DNA from: an uncultured Acidobacteriota bacterium
GTDB lineage: Bacteria; Acidobacteriota; Thermoanaerobaculia; UBA5066; Gp7-AA6
Direction: 5' to 3'
DNA length: 64,000 bases
Assembly: GCA_963847075.1 (NCBI GenBank)
Contig: CAWJYL010000002.1
Coordinates: 1,276,725-1,340,724, forward strand
Shown here one piece after another: positions 18,804 to 28,974 of this stretch. Within the stretch, counting starts at the first letter, position 1. Each line of letters opens with the position of its first letter. Made by a program: the position numbers and the translations under genes. The notes beneath the pieces were generated by a model. It saw nothing but the letters and a program-made list of their open reading frames with translations. It searched no databases and was not told the origin of the DNA.

Positions 18804-19601
18804 CTACCTCCAGGCCAGGAAGGCTGCCATCACCGGGCCGGCGAAGAGGAGCGAGTCGATCCGGTCGTAGAAACCGCCGTGGCCCGGCAGGAAGGTCCCC
18901 GAGTCCTTCACTGCGCCGCCCCGCTTCCACAACGACTCGACGAGGTCGCCGAGCTGGCCGGCGCTCGAAGCGAGAGCGCCCAGCAGAGCGCCGGTCGGTG
19001 CGCCGAGCTCGGGGAGCAGCCACCAGGTTCCGGCGATCCCGCCGAAGGCCGCCGCACCCATGAGCCCCGCGACCGAGCCCTCCCAGGATTTCTTGGGAGA
19101 GACCACGGGAGCGAGCCGATGCCGGCCGAACCGGCGCCCGAAGTAGTAGGCGCACGAGTCGCACACCCACACGAGCAGGAGAAGGAAGAGGACGGCTCGG
19201 GCCGAGTAGTGGCGCAGGAAGCACATCGCCGCAGCCGGAAGGGCGACGATGAGAACTCCGAAGATCGTCGCGCTCGCCCCCGCAAGGGAGACCGCGGGCG
19301 CCACGCGCGCAAAGAGAGGCGCCAGGGCCGAGAGCAACGCGCCGACCAGCAATATCGCCAGCCAGCGGCCTGGCCGCTCCCGCGCCAGGATCTCGACAAG
19401 CAGTCCGGAGGGGGTCTGAAAACGGATCGGCCCCCAGTACACGGCCGCGTTTCCGAGAACGATGCCACCGAGGGCGATGCCGACCATCTTCGCCACGGGA
19501 AGGCCCGACTTCTCCGCGATGCGGTAGAACTCCCAGAGCGCTCCCAGCGCCACGAACGCGACGAGCACGTTGAACGCAATCGGCGGCGCCAGGAACAGCA
19601 C
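18804..19601 (-). CDS. cdsA: phosphatidate cytidylyltransferase CdsA
   Basis: CdsA signature KKSWEGSVAGL...GDLVESLWKRGGAVKDSGTFLPGHGGFYDRIDS. End given is the first canonical start (GTG). A conserved N-terminal helix is encoded upstream of it (see finding), so the true start may be near 19655. Confidence 0.85.
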   Translation of the reverse strand: MLFLAPPIAFNVLVAFVALGALWEFYRIAEKSGLPVAKMVGIALGGIVLGNAAVYWGPIRFQTPSGLLVEILARERPGRWLAILLVGALLSALAPLFARVAPAVSLAGASATIFGVLIVALPAAAMCFLRHYSARAVLFLLLLVWVCDSCAYYFGRRFGRHRLAPVVSPKKSWEGSVAGLMGAAAFGGIAGTWWLLPELGAPTGALLGALASSAGQLGDLVESLWKRGGAVKDSGTFLPGHGGFYDRIDSLLFAGPVMAAFLAWR

Positions 19602-19686
19602 CGCGAGAACGATGGGGATCGCGACCGCGGCCGCGAGCTCGCGCTTCAGGGTCTGGAGCCCTCGGGCTGAAACCGGGTCCCGGCCA

Positions 19687-20499
19687 TCAGCCCTCGGCCT
19701 CGGCCTTGTCCTCCGAGGAACGTCCTTCGCTGATCACGCCACCGTACCGGCGCTCGCGCTTCTGGAAATCGAGGATCGCCTCGAACAGATGCCGCTTGCG
19801 AAAATCCGGCCAGAGCGTCGGGGTAACCCAGATCTCGCTGTAGGCGATCTGCCAGAGCAGAAAGTTCGAGACGCGCATCTCGCCGCTGGTCCGGATCAGG
19901 AGGTCGGGATCCGGCAGACCCGCCGTGCCGAGGCGCGAGCCCAGCGTCTCCTCGTCGATCTGCTCGGGCGTCAGCCTGCCGGAAACCACGTCGTTGGCGA
20001 GGGAGCGGCAAGCGTCCACGATCTCCGTTCGGCCGCCGTAGTTGAGCGCGATGTTGAAGGTCATGCCGCGGCACGAAGAGGTCGCCGCCAGGCCCTGCGC
20101 CAGCGCCTTCTGCACCGACGGATCGAGCTCGTTCATCCTCCCGACGACGCGGAATCGGATGTCGTTCTTGAGCAGATTCGCCAGCTCCTTGGCGAGGTAC
20201 TCCTTCAGGAGAGTCATCAGCGTCACGATCTCGAAGCGCGGGCGCTTCCAGTTCTCCACCGAAAAGGCATAGATCGTCAGCGCGTCGAGCTCCAGGCGCG
20301 CGCAGGTCTCGACGGCCTCCCGGACGGACGCTATTCCGGCGCGATGCCCCTCGACTCTCGGCGAGCCCCGCTGCTGCGCCCAGCGGCCGTTGCCATCCAT
20401 GATGATCGCGACGTGCCGCGGCAGTTTCGTGAGATCGATCTGGTCGAGCAGCCGCCGCTCGGCGGAGCCCGCCGGCGCCAGGGTATCCGTCTCGATCAT
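19687..20499 (-). CDS. uppS: undecaprenyl-diphosphate synthase (isoprenyl transferase)
   Basis: HVAIIMDGNGRWA, ALTIYAFSVENWKRP, RTSGEMRVSNFLLWQ. Confidence 0.95.
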   Translation of the reverse strand: MIETDTLAPAGSAERRLLDQIDLTKLPRHVAIIMDGNGRWAQQRGSPRVEGHRAGIASVREAVETCARLELDALTIYAFSVENWKRPRFEIVTLMTLLKEYLAKELANLLKNDIRFRVVGRMNELDPSVQKALAQGLAATSSCRGMTFNIALNYGGRTEIVDACRSLANDVVSGRLTPEQIDEETLGSRLGTAGLPDPDLLIRTSGEMRVSNFLLWQIAYSEIWVTPTLWPDFRKRHLFEAILDFQKRERRYGGVISEGRSSEDKAEAEG

Positions 20500-21275
20500 C
20501 CGCCAAGTGTAGCGCGCCCGTGCTCCGGCCCGTAGGACACCCGAACGAGCGTCAGGCCCTGCGCCGGCGCCTTGCTCGAGAGGAGCGTCCGATCGCCCGT
20601 CTCAAGCAGCCCGGCCAGGCGCTCCGCCGGGACACGGCCGCGAGAAATATCGGCAAGGACGCCGCTGATCGACCGCACCATGCCCCGCAGGAATCCGTCG
20701 CCGCGGAAGAGTGCGGAGAGCTCCGCACCGCTCTCCCCGATGGTGATCGCGTGCAGGGTCCGGACGGTGGACTCACCGGTCCGGGGACCGACCGCGAAGA
20801 CCCGGAAGTCGCGCGTGCCGGGCACGAGCCGGGCGGCTTCCCGCATGCGCCCGGCCTCCGCGCGCGGCGACATCGGAGCGACGAACGGCGCGTCGCGCGG
20901 CGGGACGACCGACGCTCGACTCCAGCGATACAGATACTCCTTCCAGAGTGCGTCGCGGCGGGCGTGAAAGTCCGGCGGAGCCTCCTCCACGTCCAGCAGG
21001 CGCACATCGTCGGGCAGCGCATCGTTCACCGCGTCGCGGACGGCGCGCGGCTCGCGACGACCCGGCAGGTCGAAATGAACGACCTGGCCTTCGGCGTGCA
21101 CCCCCGTATCGGTGCGGCTCGCGCCCTCGACGCGGACGGCCTCGCGCACCAATCGCCGCAGCGACTCCTCGATCACCGCCTGGACCGTGCGCGGGGCGTT
21201 GCTCTGCAGCTGCCAGCCGTGGAAGCCGGTGCCGATGTACGCGACCGTGGCGCGATAGCGCATGGGCGGACTCAT
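20496..21275 (-). CDS. truA: tRNA pseudouridine(38-40) synthase TruA
   Basis: [20 protein letters not shown]...[16 protein letters not shown]. Start at the ATG (MSPPMRYR). Stop overlaps the uppS start. The upstream part of ORF 20496..21698 is read-through. Confidence 0.85.
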   Translation of the reverse strand: MSPPMRYRATVAYIGTGFHGWQLQSNAPRTVQAVIEESLRRLVREAVRVEGASRTDTGVHAEGQVVHFDLPGRREPRAVRDAVNDALPDDVRLLDVEEAPPDFHARRDALWKEYLYRWSRASVVPPRDAPFVAPMSPRAEAGRMREAARLVPGTRDFRVFAVGPRTGESTVRTLHAITIGESGAELSALFRGDGFLRGMVRSISGVLADISRGRVPAERLAGLLETGDRTLLSSKAPAQGLTLVRVSYGPEHGRATLGG

Positions 21276-21411
21276 GCGGATCGAAAGCGACCCGGACGAG
21301 TCACTCCAAACGCCTCGAGGCACCCATCGCCCGCGAAGTCTACGCCGTCGACCTCCCCTTCGAAGCCGGGCATGGCCGCAGGGGAGCCTCTGCCGCGGTA
21401 GGCTTGGCAGC

Positions 21412-23844
21412 GTGCCCTCTCGCGATCCGGTTTGTGGCATGCAGGTCGAGCCCGCGGAGGCTGCCGCGACGCGCAGCGTCGGCGGGCAGGAGATCCTCTT
21501 CTGCGCCCGAAGCTGTGCCGAGGCGTTCGACCGGGAACCGGAGAGGTATCGCAGCGGCACGGGGGCGCGGCCAATGACGCCGCCGGCGATGCTGCCGATC
21601 TTCGAGACCCCGGGGCGAGAGGCCCGGGTCGAGAACGGAGTGCCCGACGTCTCCCTGGCTCTGGAGGGCATGCACTGCGCCTCCTGCGTGACGGCCATCG
21701 AAAAGGCGCTTTGCGCGGTGCCCGGCGTCTCGCGAGCCTCGGTGAACCTCGCGACGGCACGCGCCGACGTGCATGGTGCGGGACTCGATGCGAACCGGCT
21801 CGCCGAGGCCGTCCGCGCAAGCGGTTACGGAGCCCGTCCGACTGCGCAGGCAGCGGACGACGACGAGAAGCGCGCGCTCGGCCAGAGGCGAGAGATTCTC
21901 CGCCGCACAGTCGTCGCCGGCGCGCTGACGCTTCCCGTCGCCGTGATCTCGATGAGCGGCGCGATGTTCCCGGGCCGCGACGTCGTGCTGCTCGTCCTCA
22001 CGCTGCCGGTCTACTTCTGGGGAGGCTGGCCCTTTCTGACGGGCGCCGTCCGCACCCTCGCCCACCGAACGGCGAACATGGATACGCTGATCGCGATCGG
22101 CACGACGGCGGCGCTCCTGCTCTCGGCCGCCTCCACGCTCGTTCCGCAGGCGTTTGCCGCCGGCGCGAACCAACCGATGGGGCACGTGTACTACGAGGCC
22201 GTCGGCGTCGTCCTGACGCTCGTTCTTCTCGGCCGCTATCTCGAGACGCGCGCCCGGGGGCGCGCCTCGGCGGCCGTGCGCGCGCTCCTCGATCTGGCTC
22301 CCAAGAAGGCACGGCGGCTGGTCGCGGGCGTCGAGACCGAGGTCCCCATGGCGGAGATCGCCGTCGGCGATCGAGTCCGCGTCAAGCCCGGGGACGCGGT
22401 TCCCGTGGATGGCATCGTGCGCGCGGGCCGATCCGCCGTCGACGAGTCCATGGTGACCGGCGAGCCGATCCCGGTCGAGAAGACGGAAGGCGCGAGGGTG
22501 ATCGGGGGAACGTTGAATGGCGACGGCGTGATCGACGTCGAGGCAACGGCCGTCGGTGGCGAGACCGCGCTCGCCCAGATCGTGCGGCTCGTCGAGCAGG
22601 CACAGGCCTCGAAGCCGCCCATCCAGAAGCTCGCCGACCGCGTGGCCGGAATCTTCGTTCCTGCCGTCCTGCAGATCGCCGTCGTTACGTGGGTCGTGTG
22701 GTACGTCGTCGGGCCCGAGCCGCGGGCCGTTCTTGCGACCATCGCGTTCGCGTCGGTCCTGATCATCGCCTGCCCCTGCGCCCTCGGGCTGGCCACACCG
22801 ACCGCCATTCTCGTGGGAACGGGGCGCGGCGCGCGCGAGGGCATCCTGTTCCGAAATGCCGAGGCGCTGGAGCAGTCCCGGCGGGTCACGCTCGTTCTCC
22901 TGGACAAAACCGGAACGATCACGGAGGGAACGCCCCGCTTGACCGACCGCGTGCACGTTGCCGGAGTCTCCGAAGAGGAACTCCTGGGGCTCGCGGCCGC
23001 TCTCGAAAAGGGCTCCGCCCATCCCCTCGCCGGCCCGGTCGTGGCCGCCGCGGGCGAGAAGCACATTGCACTGCCCGCCGTCGAGACGTTCGCGTCGAAG
23101 ACCGGCCTCGGCGTCGCCGGGACCGTGGGAGGCCGGCGCGTTCTCGTCGGCAGCACCCGACTCCTCGAAGCGGAGAAGATCGACGTCGGGCCCGTCGCCG
23201 AAGACGTCGCCCGCTTCGCGGCAGAGGGGAAGACCCCGCTGCTCGTGGCGGCCGACGGCAGGCTGCTCGGCCTGCTCGCCGTCGCCGACCGGGAGAAGCC
23301 CTCGTCGAGGGCCGCCGTTCGTCGGCTTCGCGACATGGGCCTGAAAATCGCCATGCTCACTGGCGATCGCGAGGATACGGCGCGGGCAGTGGCCGCGCGC
23401 GTCGGAATCGAGGAGGTCTTCGCCGGGGTGCTCGCGCCCGACAAGGCGGCCAAGGTCAGGCAGCTGCAGGCACGGGGCGAGATCGTGGCAATGGTCGGCG
23501 ACGGCGTCAACGATGCGCCTGCGCTCGCGCAGGCCGACGTCGGCATCGCCATCGGTGCGGGCGCCGACGTCGCCATCGAGGCCTCCGACGTGACGCTCGT
23601 CGGCGGCAGCCTCGATTCCGTGGCCCAGGCCATCGCGCTCTCGCGGTCGACCCTCGCGACGATCCGCCAGAACCTCCTCTTCGCGTTTCTCTACAACGTG
23701 CTCGGCATCCCGATCGCCGCCGGAGCGCTCTACCCCGTTCTCGGCTGGATGCTCTCGCCCATGATCGCGTCGGCCGCGATGGCGGCGTCTTCCGTATCGG
23801 TCGTGACCAACAGCCTGCGGCTCGACCGAACGAGGCTCGCATGA
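21412..23844 (+). CDS. copA: copper-translocating P1B-type ATPase with N-terminal YHS/TRASH and HMA domains
   Basis: GTG start giving [11 protein letters not shown]... (YHS/TRASH motif). HMA motif [11 protein letters not shown] transmembrane motif [12 protein letters not shown]-type motifs DKTGTIT and [10 protein letters not shown]. The ORF track start at 21262 overlaps the divergent truA. Confidence 0.85.
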   Translation: MPSRDPVCGMQVEPAEAAATRSVGGQEILFCARSCAEAFDREPERYRSGTGARPMTPPAMLPIFETPGREARVENGVPDVSLALEGMHCASCVTAIEKALCAVPGVSRASVNLATARADVHGAGLDANRLAEAVRASGYGARPTAQAADDDEKRALGQRREILRRTVVAGALTLPVAVISMSGAMFPGRDVVLLVLTLPVYFWGGWPFLTGAVRTLAHRTANMDTLIAIGTTAALLLSAASTLVPQAFAAGANQPMGHVYYEAVGVVLTLVLLGRYLETRARGRASAAVRALLDLAPKKARRLVAGVETEVPMAEIAVGDRVRVKPGDAVPVDGIVRAGRSAVDESMVTGEPIPVEKTEGARVIGGTLNGDGVIDVEATAVGGETALAQIVRLVEQAQASKPPIQKLADRVAGIFVPAVLQIAVVTWVVWYVVGPEPRAVLATIAFASVLIIACPCALGLATPTAILVGTGRGAREGILFRNAEALEQSRRVTLVLLDKTGTITEGTPRLTDRVHVAGVSEEELLGLAAALEKGSAHPLAGPVVAAAGEKHIALPAVETFASKTGLGVAGTVGGRRVLVGSTRLLEAEKIDVGPVAEDVARFAAEGKTPLLVAADGRLLGLLAVADREKPSSRAAVRRLRDMGLKIAMLTGDREDTARAVAARVGIEEVFAGVLAPDKAAKVRQLQARGEIVAMVGDGVNDAPALAQADVGIAIGAGADVAIEASDVTLVGGSLDSVAQAIALSRSTLATIRQNLLFAFLYNVLGIPIAAGALYPVLGWMLSPMIASAAMAASSVSVVTNSLRLDRTRLA

Positions 23845-24218
23845 CCCCCGATCGGATCGCCGTGATCACGGTCGGCGCGGCCCTCATCGTTTTTCTCAAT
23901 GTCTTCTTCTTCGGCCGGCGAAGAGCGGCGTCGGCCGTGGTGGGGCGCACGGGGAGCTCGGAGATCACGGTCATCGTCGAAGGCGGCTATACGCCGGACA
24001 CGATCGTCGCGCGCCGCGGCGTTGCGCTGCGCCTCGTTTTCGACCGGCGCGAGTCGAGTCCGTGCAGCGACGAGATCGTGCTGCCGGATTTCGGCGTACG
24101 CCGCACGCTCGAGCCGCACGCCCGGACGGCGATCGAGATCCTGCCCGAGCGGGCCGGGGAGTTTCCCTTCTCGTGCGGCATGAACATGCTGCACGGCAAG
24201 ATCCGGGTGGTCGACTGA
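23841..24218 (+). CDS. small cupredoxin-like membrane-anchored protein
   Basis: 125 aa. N-terminal TM helix, then a beta-rich domain with a C-terminal Cys/Met/His cluster [18 protein letters not shown] overlap with the copA stop. Confidence 0.55.
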   Translation: MTPDRIAVITVGAALIVFLNVFFFGRRRAASAVVGRTGSSEITVIVEGGYTPDTIVARRGVALRLVFDRRESSPCSDEIVLPDFGVRRTLEPHARTAIEILPERAGEFPFSCGMNMLHGKIRVVD

Positions 24219-24235
24219 AAGAGCCCACGCTTCGC

Positions 24236-24862
24236 GTGACGGAAATCTTCCGCTCGATCCAGGGCGAGTCGATGCGGGCAGGCTTTCCCTGCGCCTTCAT
24301 TCGCCTGACGGGGTGCGCGCTGCGCTGCGTCTGGTGCGACTCGGCGTACGCATTCCACGGCGGGGAAGACATGGCGATCTCGGAGGCGACCCGGCGGGTG
24401 CTCGCCCTCGGCACGGGGCTCGTCGAGGTCACGGGCGGCGAGCCGCTCGAGCAGGATGCCGTCTATCCCCTCATGCAGGAGCTTCTGGCCGCGGGCAAGA
24501 CGGTGCTGCTCGAGACCGGCGGCCACGTCGCCATCGACCGCGTCGATCCGCGGGTCGTCAAGATCGTCGATGTCAAGGCTCCGGGGAGCGGAATGCAGCA
24601 CGCCAACCTTTCCGAGAACCTCGAGAACCTCCAGCCCCACGACGAGCTCAAGTTCGTCCTCGCGAGCCGTTCCGATTTCGACTGGGCGCTCGCCCTGGTC
24701 GCAGAGCGCCGACTCGACGAGAGAAACGTCGTGAGCTTCTCCCCCGCCTGGGAGGGGTTGCGCGCCGAAGAGCTCGCGGCGTGGGTGCGTGACTCGGGCC
24801 GCCCGATTCGGCTCGGACTCCAGCTCCACAAGGTCCTCTGGGGGGACGTTCCGGGACGATGA
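24236..24862 (+). CDS. queE: 7-carboxy-7-deazaguanine synthase (radical SAM)
   Basis: GTG start (TEIFRSIQGES). Radical-SAM cluster CALRCVWCD. Confidence 0.85.
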   Translation: MTEIFRSIQGESMRAGFPCAFIRLTGCALRCVWCDSAYAFHGGEDMAISEATRRVLALGTGLVEVTGGEPLEQDAVYPLMQELLAAGKTVLLETGGHVAIDRVDPRVVKIVDVKAPGSGMQHANLSENLENLQPHDELKFVLASRSDFDWALALVAERRLDERNVVSFSPAWEGLRAEELAAWVRDSGRPIRLGLQLHKVLWGDVPGR

Positions 24863-25545
24863 GCCAACCCGGGATCGTCCTTCTCTCCGGAGGTCTCGAT
24901 TCCGCGACCTGCCTGCTCATTGCCCGCCACGAGGGACTCGCGGTTCACGCCCTGTCGTTCGACTACGGCCAGCGTCACGCGATCGAGCTCGATCGCGCGC
25001 GGGAGCTCGCGTCACGCTACGGGGCAACGGAGCATCGGATCGCGCGCATCGACTTCCCCGCCGCGGCCGCGTCGGCCCTGACGAACCCCGCCATCGCCGT
25101 CCCCCGCGACAGTCTCGGGTTCGAACCGATCCCGGTGACTTACGTACCCGCGCGCAACATGCTTTTCCTCTCTCACGCGGTGGCCTGGGGCGAGGCGATC
25201 GGCGCCGCCGACATCTTCATCGGCGCCAACGCGCTCGATTACTCCGGGTATCCCGACTGTCGCCAGGAGTTTCTGGACGCCTTCGCCTTGGCCGCGAACC
25301 TCGGAACCCGGGCGGGAGTCGAAGGGATCCTGACGTTCCGGATCCGAGCGCCTTTGCTCAGGATGAGCAAGGCCGAGATCATCGCGAAAGCCGCGGGCCT
25401 GGGACTCGACTTTCGGCTCACCTCTTCCTGTTACTCGCCGGACCCAACGGGCACGCCCTGCCTCCAGTGCGATTCCTGTCTTCTCAGGGAAAAGGGATTC
25501 CGCGAGGCTGGTCTGACCGATCCCATTAGACGCTCCAGTACGTAA
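24859..25545 (+). CDS. queC: 7-cyano-7-deazaguanine synthase
   Basis: PP-loop LLSGGLDSATC. Zinc Cys cluster CYSPDPTGTPCLQCDSC. ATGA overlap with queE. Confidence 0.9.
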   Translation: MSQPGIVLLSGGLDSATCLLIARHEGLAVHALSFDYGQRHAIELDRARELASRYGATEHRIARIDFPAAAASALTNPAIAVPRDSLGFEPIPVTYVPARNMLFLSHAVAWGEAIGAADIFIGANALDYSGYPDCRQEFLDAFALAANLGTRAGVEGILTFRIRAPLLRMSKAEIIAKAAGLGLDFRLTSSCYSPDPTGTPCLQCDSCLLREKGFREAGLTDPIRRSST

Positions 25546-25639
25546 CTACTTGAGTTATATATACTAATATTCCTCTGTAAAAGACTTGACATGCTAAGAC
25601 TCATATAATAGATTTCCAGCTCGGAAGGTACTGAACTCA
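25546..25639 (+). promoter_or_regulatory. AT-rich promoter/operator island upstream of clpB-hsp20
   Basis: About 30% GC in a ~70% GC context. Contains TTGACA (~25585) and TATAAT-like hexamers with non-canonical spacing, and an imperfect inverted repeat CTTGAGT-N7-ACTAATA. GGAAGG lies 11 nt before the clpB ATG. Confidence 0.4.
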
Positions 25640-28246
25640 ATGCGTTTCGACCAGCTCACCATCAAGGCCCAGGAGGCCGTCCAGCAGGCGCAGAGCGATG
25701 CACGCGCTCGCGGCAATGCCGAGCTGACCTGCGATCATCTCCTGCTCGCCCTGCTGGAACAGAAGGACGGTGTCGTAGTTCCCGTCCTGCAGAAGCTCGG
25801 CGTCGCGCCCGAAAGCCTTGCCCGGGAGATCGAAACCGAGCTCGAACGCCGGCCGAAGGTCACCGGTGCCTCCGCTGACGCTGCCCTGTCGCGGGACCTC
25901 TCACGGGTCTTCGATCGCGCCTTTGAGGTCGCCAAGGAGTTCGGCGACGAGTACGTCTCGAGCGAACACTTTCTGCTCGCTCTCGCCGAGTCGGGCGGCG
26001 ACACGGCCCGGCGGCTGACGAAGGCTGGCATCCAGAAGGACGCCCTTCTCAAGGCCCTCAAGGAACTGCGGGGTTCGACCCGGATCACGGACCCGAATCC
26101 CGAGGACAAGTATCAGGCCCTCAAGCGCTACACGCGCGATCTGACCGACCTCGCCCGGCGCGGCAAGATCGACCCCGTCATCGGCCGCGACGAAGAGATC
26201 CGCCGGGTCATCCAGGTCCTCTCCCGGCGCACCAAAAACAATCCCGTCCTCATCGGGGAGCCCGGCGTCGGCAAGACCGCCATCGTGGAAGGCCTCGCCC
26301 GCCGCATTCACATGGGCGACGTCCCCGAAGGTCTGAAGAACAAGCGCGTGGTCTCGCTCGACCTCGGCGCCATGATCGCCGGCGCAAAGTACCGCGGCGA
26401 ATTCGAAGACCGCCTCAAGGCCGTCCTCAAGGAGATCGAGGAAGCCCAGGGCACGATCGTTCTCTTCATCGACGAGCTCCACACGCTCGTGGGCGCCGGA
26501 GCGGCGGAGGGGGCGATGGACGCCTCCAACATGTTGAAGCCCGCCCTGGCACGCGGCGAGCTGCGCGCCATCGGGGCGACCACGCTCTCCGAATACCAGA
26601 AGCACATCGAGAAGGACGCCGCCCTCGAGCGGCGGTTCCAACCCGTCTACGTCGAGGAGCCCACCGTCGAGGACACGATCGCTATACTCCGGGGCCTCCA
26701 GGAGCGTTACGAGATCCATCACGGCGTACGCATCACCGACGCGGCGCTCGTTGCCGCGGCACGCCTTTCGCATCGGTACATCACCGACCGTTTCCTCCCC
26801 GACAAGGCGATCGACCTCGTGGACGAGGCCGCGGCGCGCATGCGCACCGAGATCGATTCGATGCCCGCCGAGATCGACGCGGTCGAGCGGCGCATGGTCT
26901 CGCTCGAGATCGAGAAGCGAGCCCTCCAGAAGGAGAAGACGAAGGAGGCGAAGGAGCGCCTGGCCGAGATCGAAAAGGCCCTCGCGCAGGAGCGCGAAGA
27001 GTCGAGCCGGTTGCGGGCGAAGTGGTCCGCCGAGAAGACCGTCATCCAGAGATCCGGCCAGATCAAGGAGACGCTCGAGAAGGTCAAGCAGGAGGCCGTG
27101 GAGGCCGAGCGCCAGGGCGAGCTGCAGAAGGTGGCCGAGCTGCGCTACGGGCGCCTGCCTCAGCTCGAGAAGGATCTCGCCGCCGAGAATGCGCGGCTGG
27201 CCGAGTTGCAGAAGGGCCAGCCGATGCTGCGCGAAGAGGTGACCGAGGAGGACATCGCAGCGGTCGTCTCGAAGTGGACCGGCATTCCCGTCAGCCGGAT
27301 GATCGAGGGCGAGTCGCAGAAGCTCCTCAAGATGGAGGACCGGCTCCACCTGCGCGTCATCGGCCAGGACGAGGCCGTCCGGGCGATCGCCGACGCCGTG
27401 CGCCGCTCACGGGCGGGGCTCGCGGACCCGAAGAAGCCTCTGGGCTCGTTTCTCTTCGTCGGGCCCACGGGCGTCGGCAAGACCGAGCTTGCCCGTGCCC
27501 TCGCCGAGTTCCTGTTCGACGACGAGCACTCGATCGTCCGCCTCGACATGTCGGAGTACATGGAGAAGCACTCGGTCGCACGGATGATCGGCGCGCCGCC
27601 GGGCTACGTCGGCTACGAAGAGGGCGGGCGCCTGACCGAGGCCGTGCGGCGCCGCCCCTATTCCGTCGTCCTCTTCGACGAGATCGAAAAGGCGCACCCG
27701 GACGTCTTCAACGTCCTGCTGCAGGTCCTCGACGACGGCCGTCTGACCGACGGCAAGGGACGCGTCGTGTCCTTCAAGAACACCGTCGTCATCATGACCT
27801 CGAATCTCGGCTCCGAATGGATCGCCGAGGAGTCGTCGCGGGACGAGGCCGAGATCAAGGCAAAGATCGAGGAGTCCCTGAGGCGCCACTTCCGGCCGGA
27901 GTTCTTCAACCGGATCGACGACGTGATCGTCTTCCACCGGCTGACGCGGGAGGAGATCGAGAAGATCGTCGAGATTCAGCTCGAGAGCCTGGCGCGTACC
28001 GTCCTCGGCCGCGGCATCTTCCTCTCGTGGACGCCGGCCGCCCGGCGGCTGCTCGCAGGCCAGGGCTACGATCCGACCTACGGCGCGCGACCCCTGAAGC
28101 GGCTGATCCAGAAGCAGGTGTCGGACGTTCTGGCCACCCGGCTGCTCTCGAGCGACATCGGCGAAGGCGAGGCCGTCGAGCTCGACGTTGCCCCCGACGG
28201 ATCGTCGCTGACCGTCAACAAGAAGTCCGCAAAGGTAACCGTATGA
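25640..28246 (+). CDS. clpB: ATP-dependent chaperone ClpB
   Basis: 868 aa. Two AAA+ modules ([16 protein letters not shown]), a middle coiled-coil region and Clp N-domain repeats. Confidence 0.97.
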   Translation: MRFDQLTIKAQEAVQQAQSDARARGNAELTCDHLLLALLEQKDGVVVPVLQKLGVAPESLAREIETELERRPKVTGASADAALSRDLSRVFDRAFEVAKEFGDEYVSSEHFLLALAESGGDTARRLTKAGIQKDALLKALKELRGSTRITDPNPEDKYQALKRYTRDLTDLARRGKIDPVIGRDEEIRRVIQVLSRRTKNNPVLIGEPGVGKTAIVEGLARRIHMGDVPEGLKNKRVVSLDLGAMIAGAKYRGEFEDRLKAVLKEIEEAQGTIVLFIDELHTLVGAGAAEGAMDASNMLKPALARGELRAIGATTLSEYQKHIEKDAALERRFQPVYVEEPTVEDTIAILRGLQERYEIHHGVRITDAALVAAARLSHRYITDRFLPDKAIDLVDEAAARMRTEIDSMPAEIDAVERRMVSLEIEKRALQKEKTKEAKERLAEIEKALAQEREESSRLRAKWSAEKTVIQRSGQIKETLEKVKQEAVEAERQGELQKVAELRYGRLPQLEKDLAAENARLAELQKGQPMLREEVTEEDIAAVVSKWTGIPVSRMIEGESQKLLKMEDRLHLRVIGQDEAVRAIADAVRRSRAGLADPKKPLGSFLFVGPTGVGKTELARALAEFLFDDEHSIVRLDMSEYMEKHSVARMIGAPPGYVGYEEGGRLTEAVRRRPYSVVLFDEIEKAHPDVFNVLLQVLDDGRLTDGKGRVVSFKNTVVIMTSNLGSEWIAEESSRDEAEIKAKIEESLRRHFRPEFFNRIDDVIVFHRLTREEIEKIVEIQLESLARTVLGRGIFLSWTPAARRLLAGQGYDPTYGARPLKRLIQKQVSDVLATRLLSSDIGEGEAVELDVAPDGSSLTVNKKSAKVTV

Positions 28247-28271
28247 CCCATTTCTATTCATGGAGGTATGT

Positions 28272-28760
28272 ATGAATCTGATGCGTTGGGAACCCTATCG
28301 TGAGATCGCGACCCTTCAGGATCGACTGAACCGAGTCTTCGGCGGGACGCTCGCCCGCCCCCAGGGCGAGGACGAGATGAACCTCGCCGCCTGGGCGCCG
28401 CCCGTCGACATCGCCGAGGAGAAGGACCGGATCCTCATCACGGCGGAGCTGCCCGGCTTCCGGGAGGACGAGATCGAGATCCAGACCGAGAACGGGATGC
28501 TCACCCTTCGCGGCGAGCGTAAGTTCGAGAAGGAGTCGGACGGCAAGAGCTATCACCGCGTGGAGCGCTCCTACGGCCAATTCGTCCGGAGCTTCAGCCT
28601 TCCGAACAACGTGGACCGTGAGAAGATCAAGGCGCACTTCAGCGACGGCCTGCTCAAGGTCGACCTTCCCAAGCGCGAGGATGCCAAGCCCCGCACGATC
28701 AAGATTTCGGGGGGCAAGGCCGAAGTGAAGCCCGACACGATCGACGTCAAGGCTCGCTGA
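28272..28760 (+). CDS. Hsp20/alpha-crystallin family small heat-shock protein
   Basis: GGAGG then ATG (MNLMRWEPY...). Alpha-crystallin domain with AEELPGF and GMLTLRGER motifs. Confidence 0.9.
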   Translation: MNLMRWEPYREIATLQDRLNRVFGGTLARPQGEDEMNLAAWAPPVDIAEEKDRILITAELPGFREDEIEIQTENGMLTLRGERKFEKESDGKSYHRVERSYGQFVRSFSLPNNVDREKIKAHFSDGLLKVDLPKREDAKPRTIKISGGKAEVKPDTIDVKAR

Positions 28761-28786
28761 TCCACGCGCTCGTCTGTCGATTTCCG

Positions 28787-28815
28787 GCCCCGCCTCACGG
28801 CGGGGCTTTCTTTTT
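28787..28815 (+). terminator. rho-independent terminator after hsp20
   Basis: gccccgcc tcac ggcggggc followed by tttcttttt. Confidence 0.6.
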
Positions 28816-28839
28816 GACCGGCAGCACGAAGCCGCGGCC

Positions 28840-28943
28840 GATCATCCCGAGCGTAGCGAGCCCCTGTCATCCCGAGCAGCAAGGCCCGCAGCCTGCCCCG
28901 AGAAGCCGAAAGGCTCGGGATGACAGCGCCGCGGGAATGACAG
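28840..28943. repeat. composite palindromic repeat element, copy A (GTCATCCCGAGC family)
   Basis: Two forward cores (gatcatcccgagcgtagcgag, tgtcatcccgagcagc) and two reverse cores (gctcgggatgacag, cgggaatgacagg). Same architecture as 57621..57757. Sits immediately upstream of the htrA start. Confidence 0.7.
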
Positions 28944-28974
28944 GAACCGGAATGCCGATGCAGAATGCGCCGTT

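Noticed and set aside
25546-25639. CIRCE (HrcA) or canonical HAIR (HspR) operator upstream of clpB.
   Set aside because: The best alignments reach only 6/9 (CIRCE right half) and 4/7 (HAIR second half). It is reported only as an AT-rich island with an imperfect inverted repeat.
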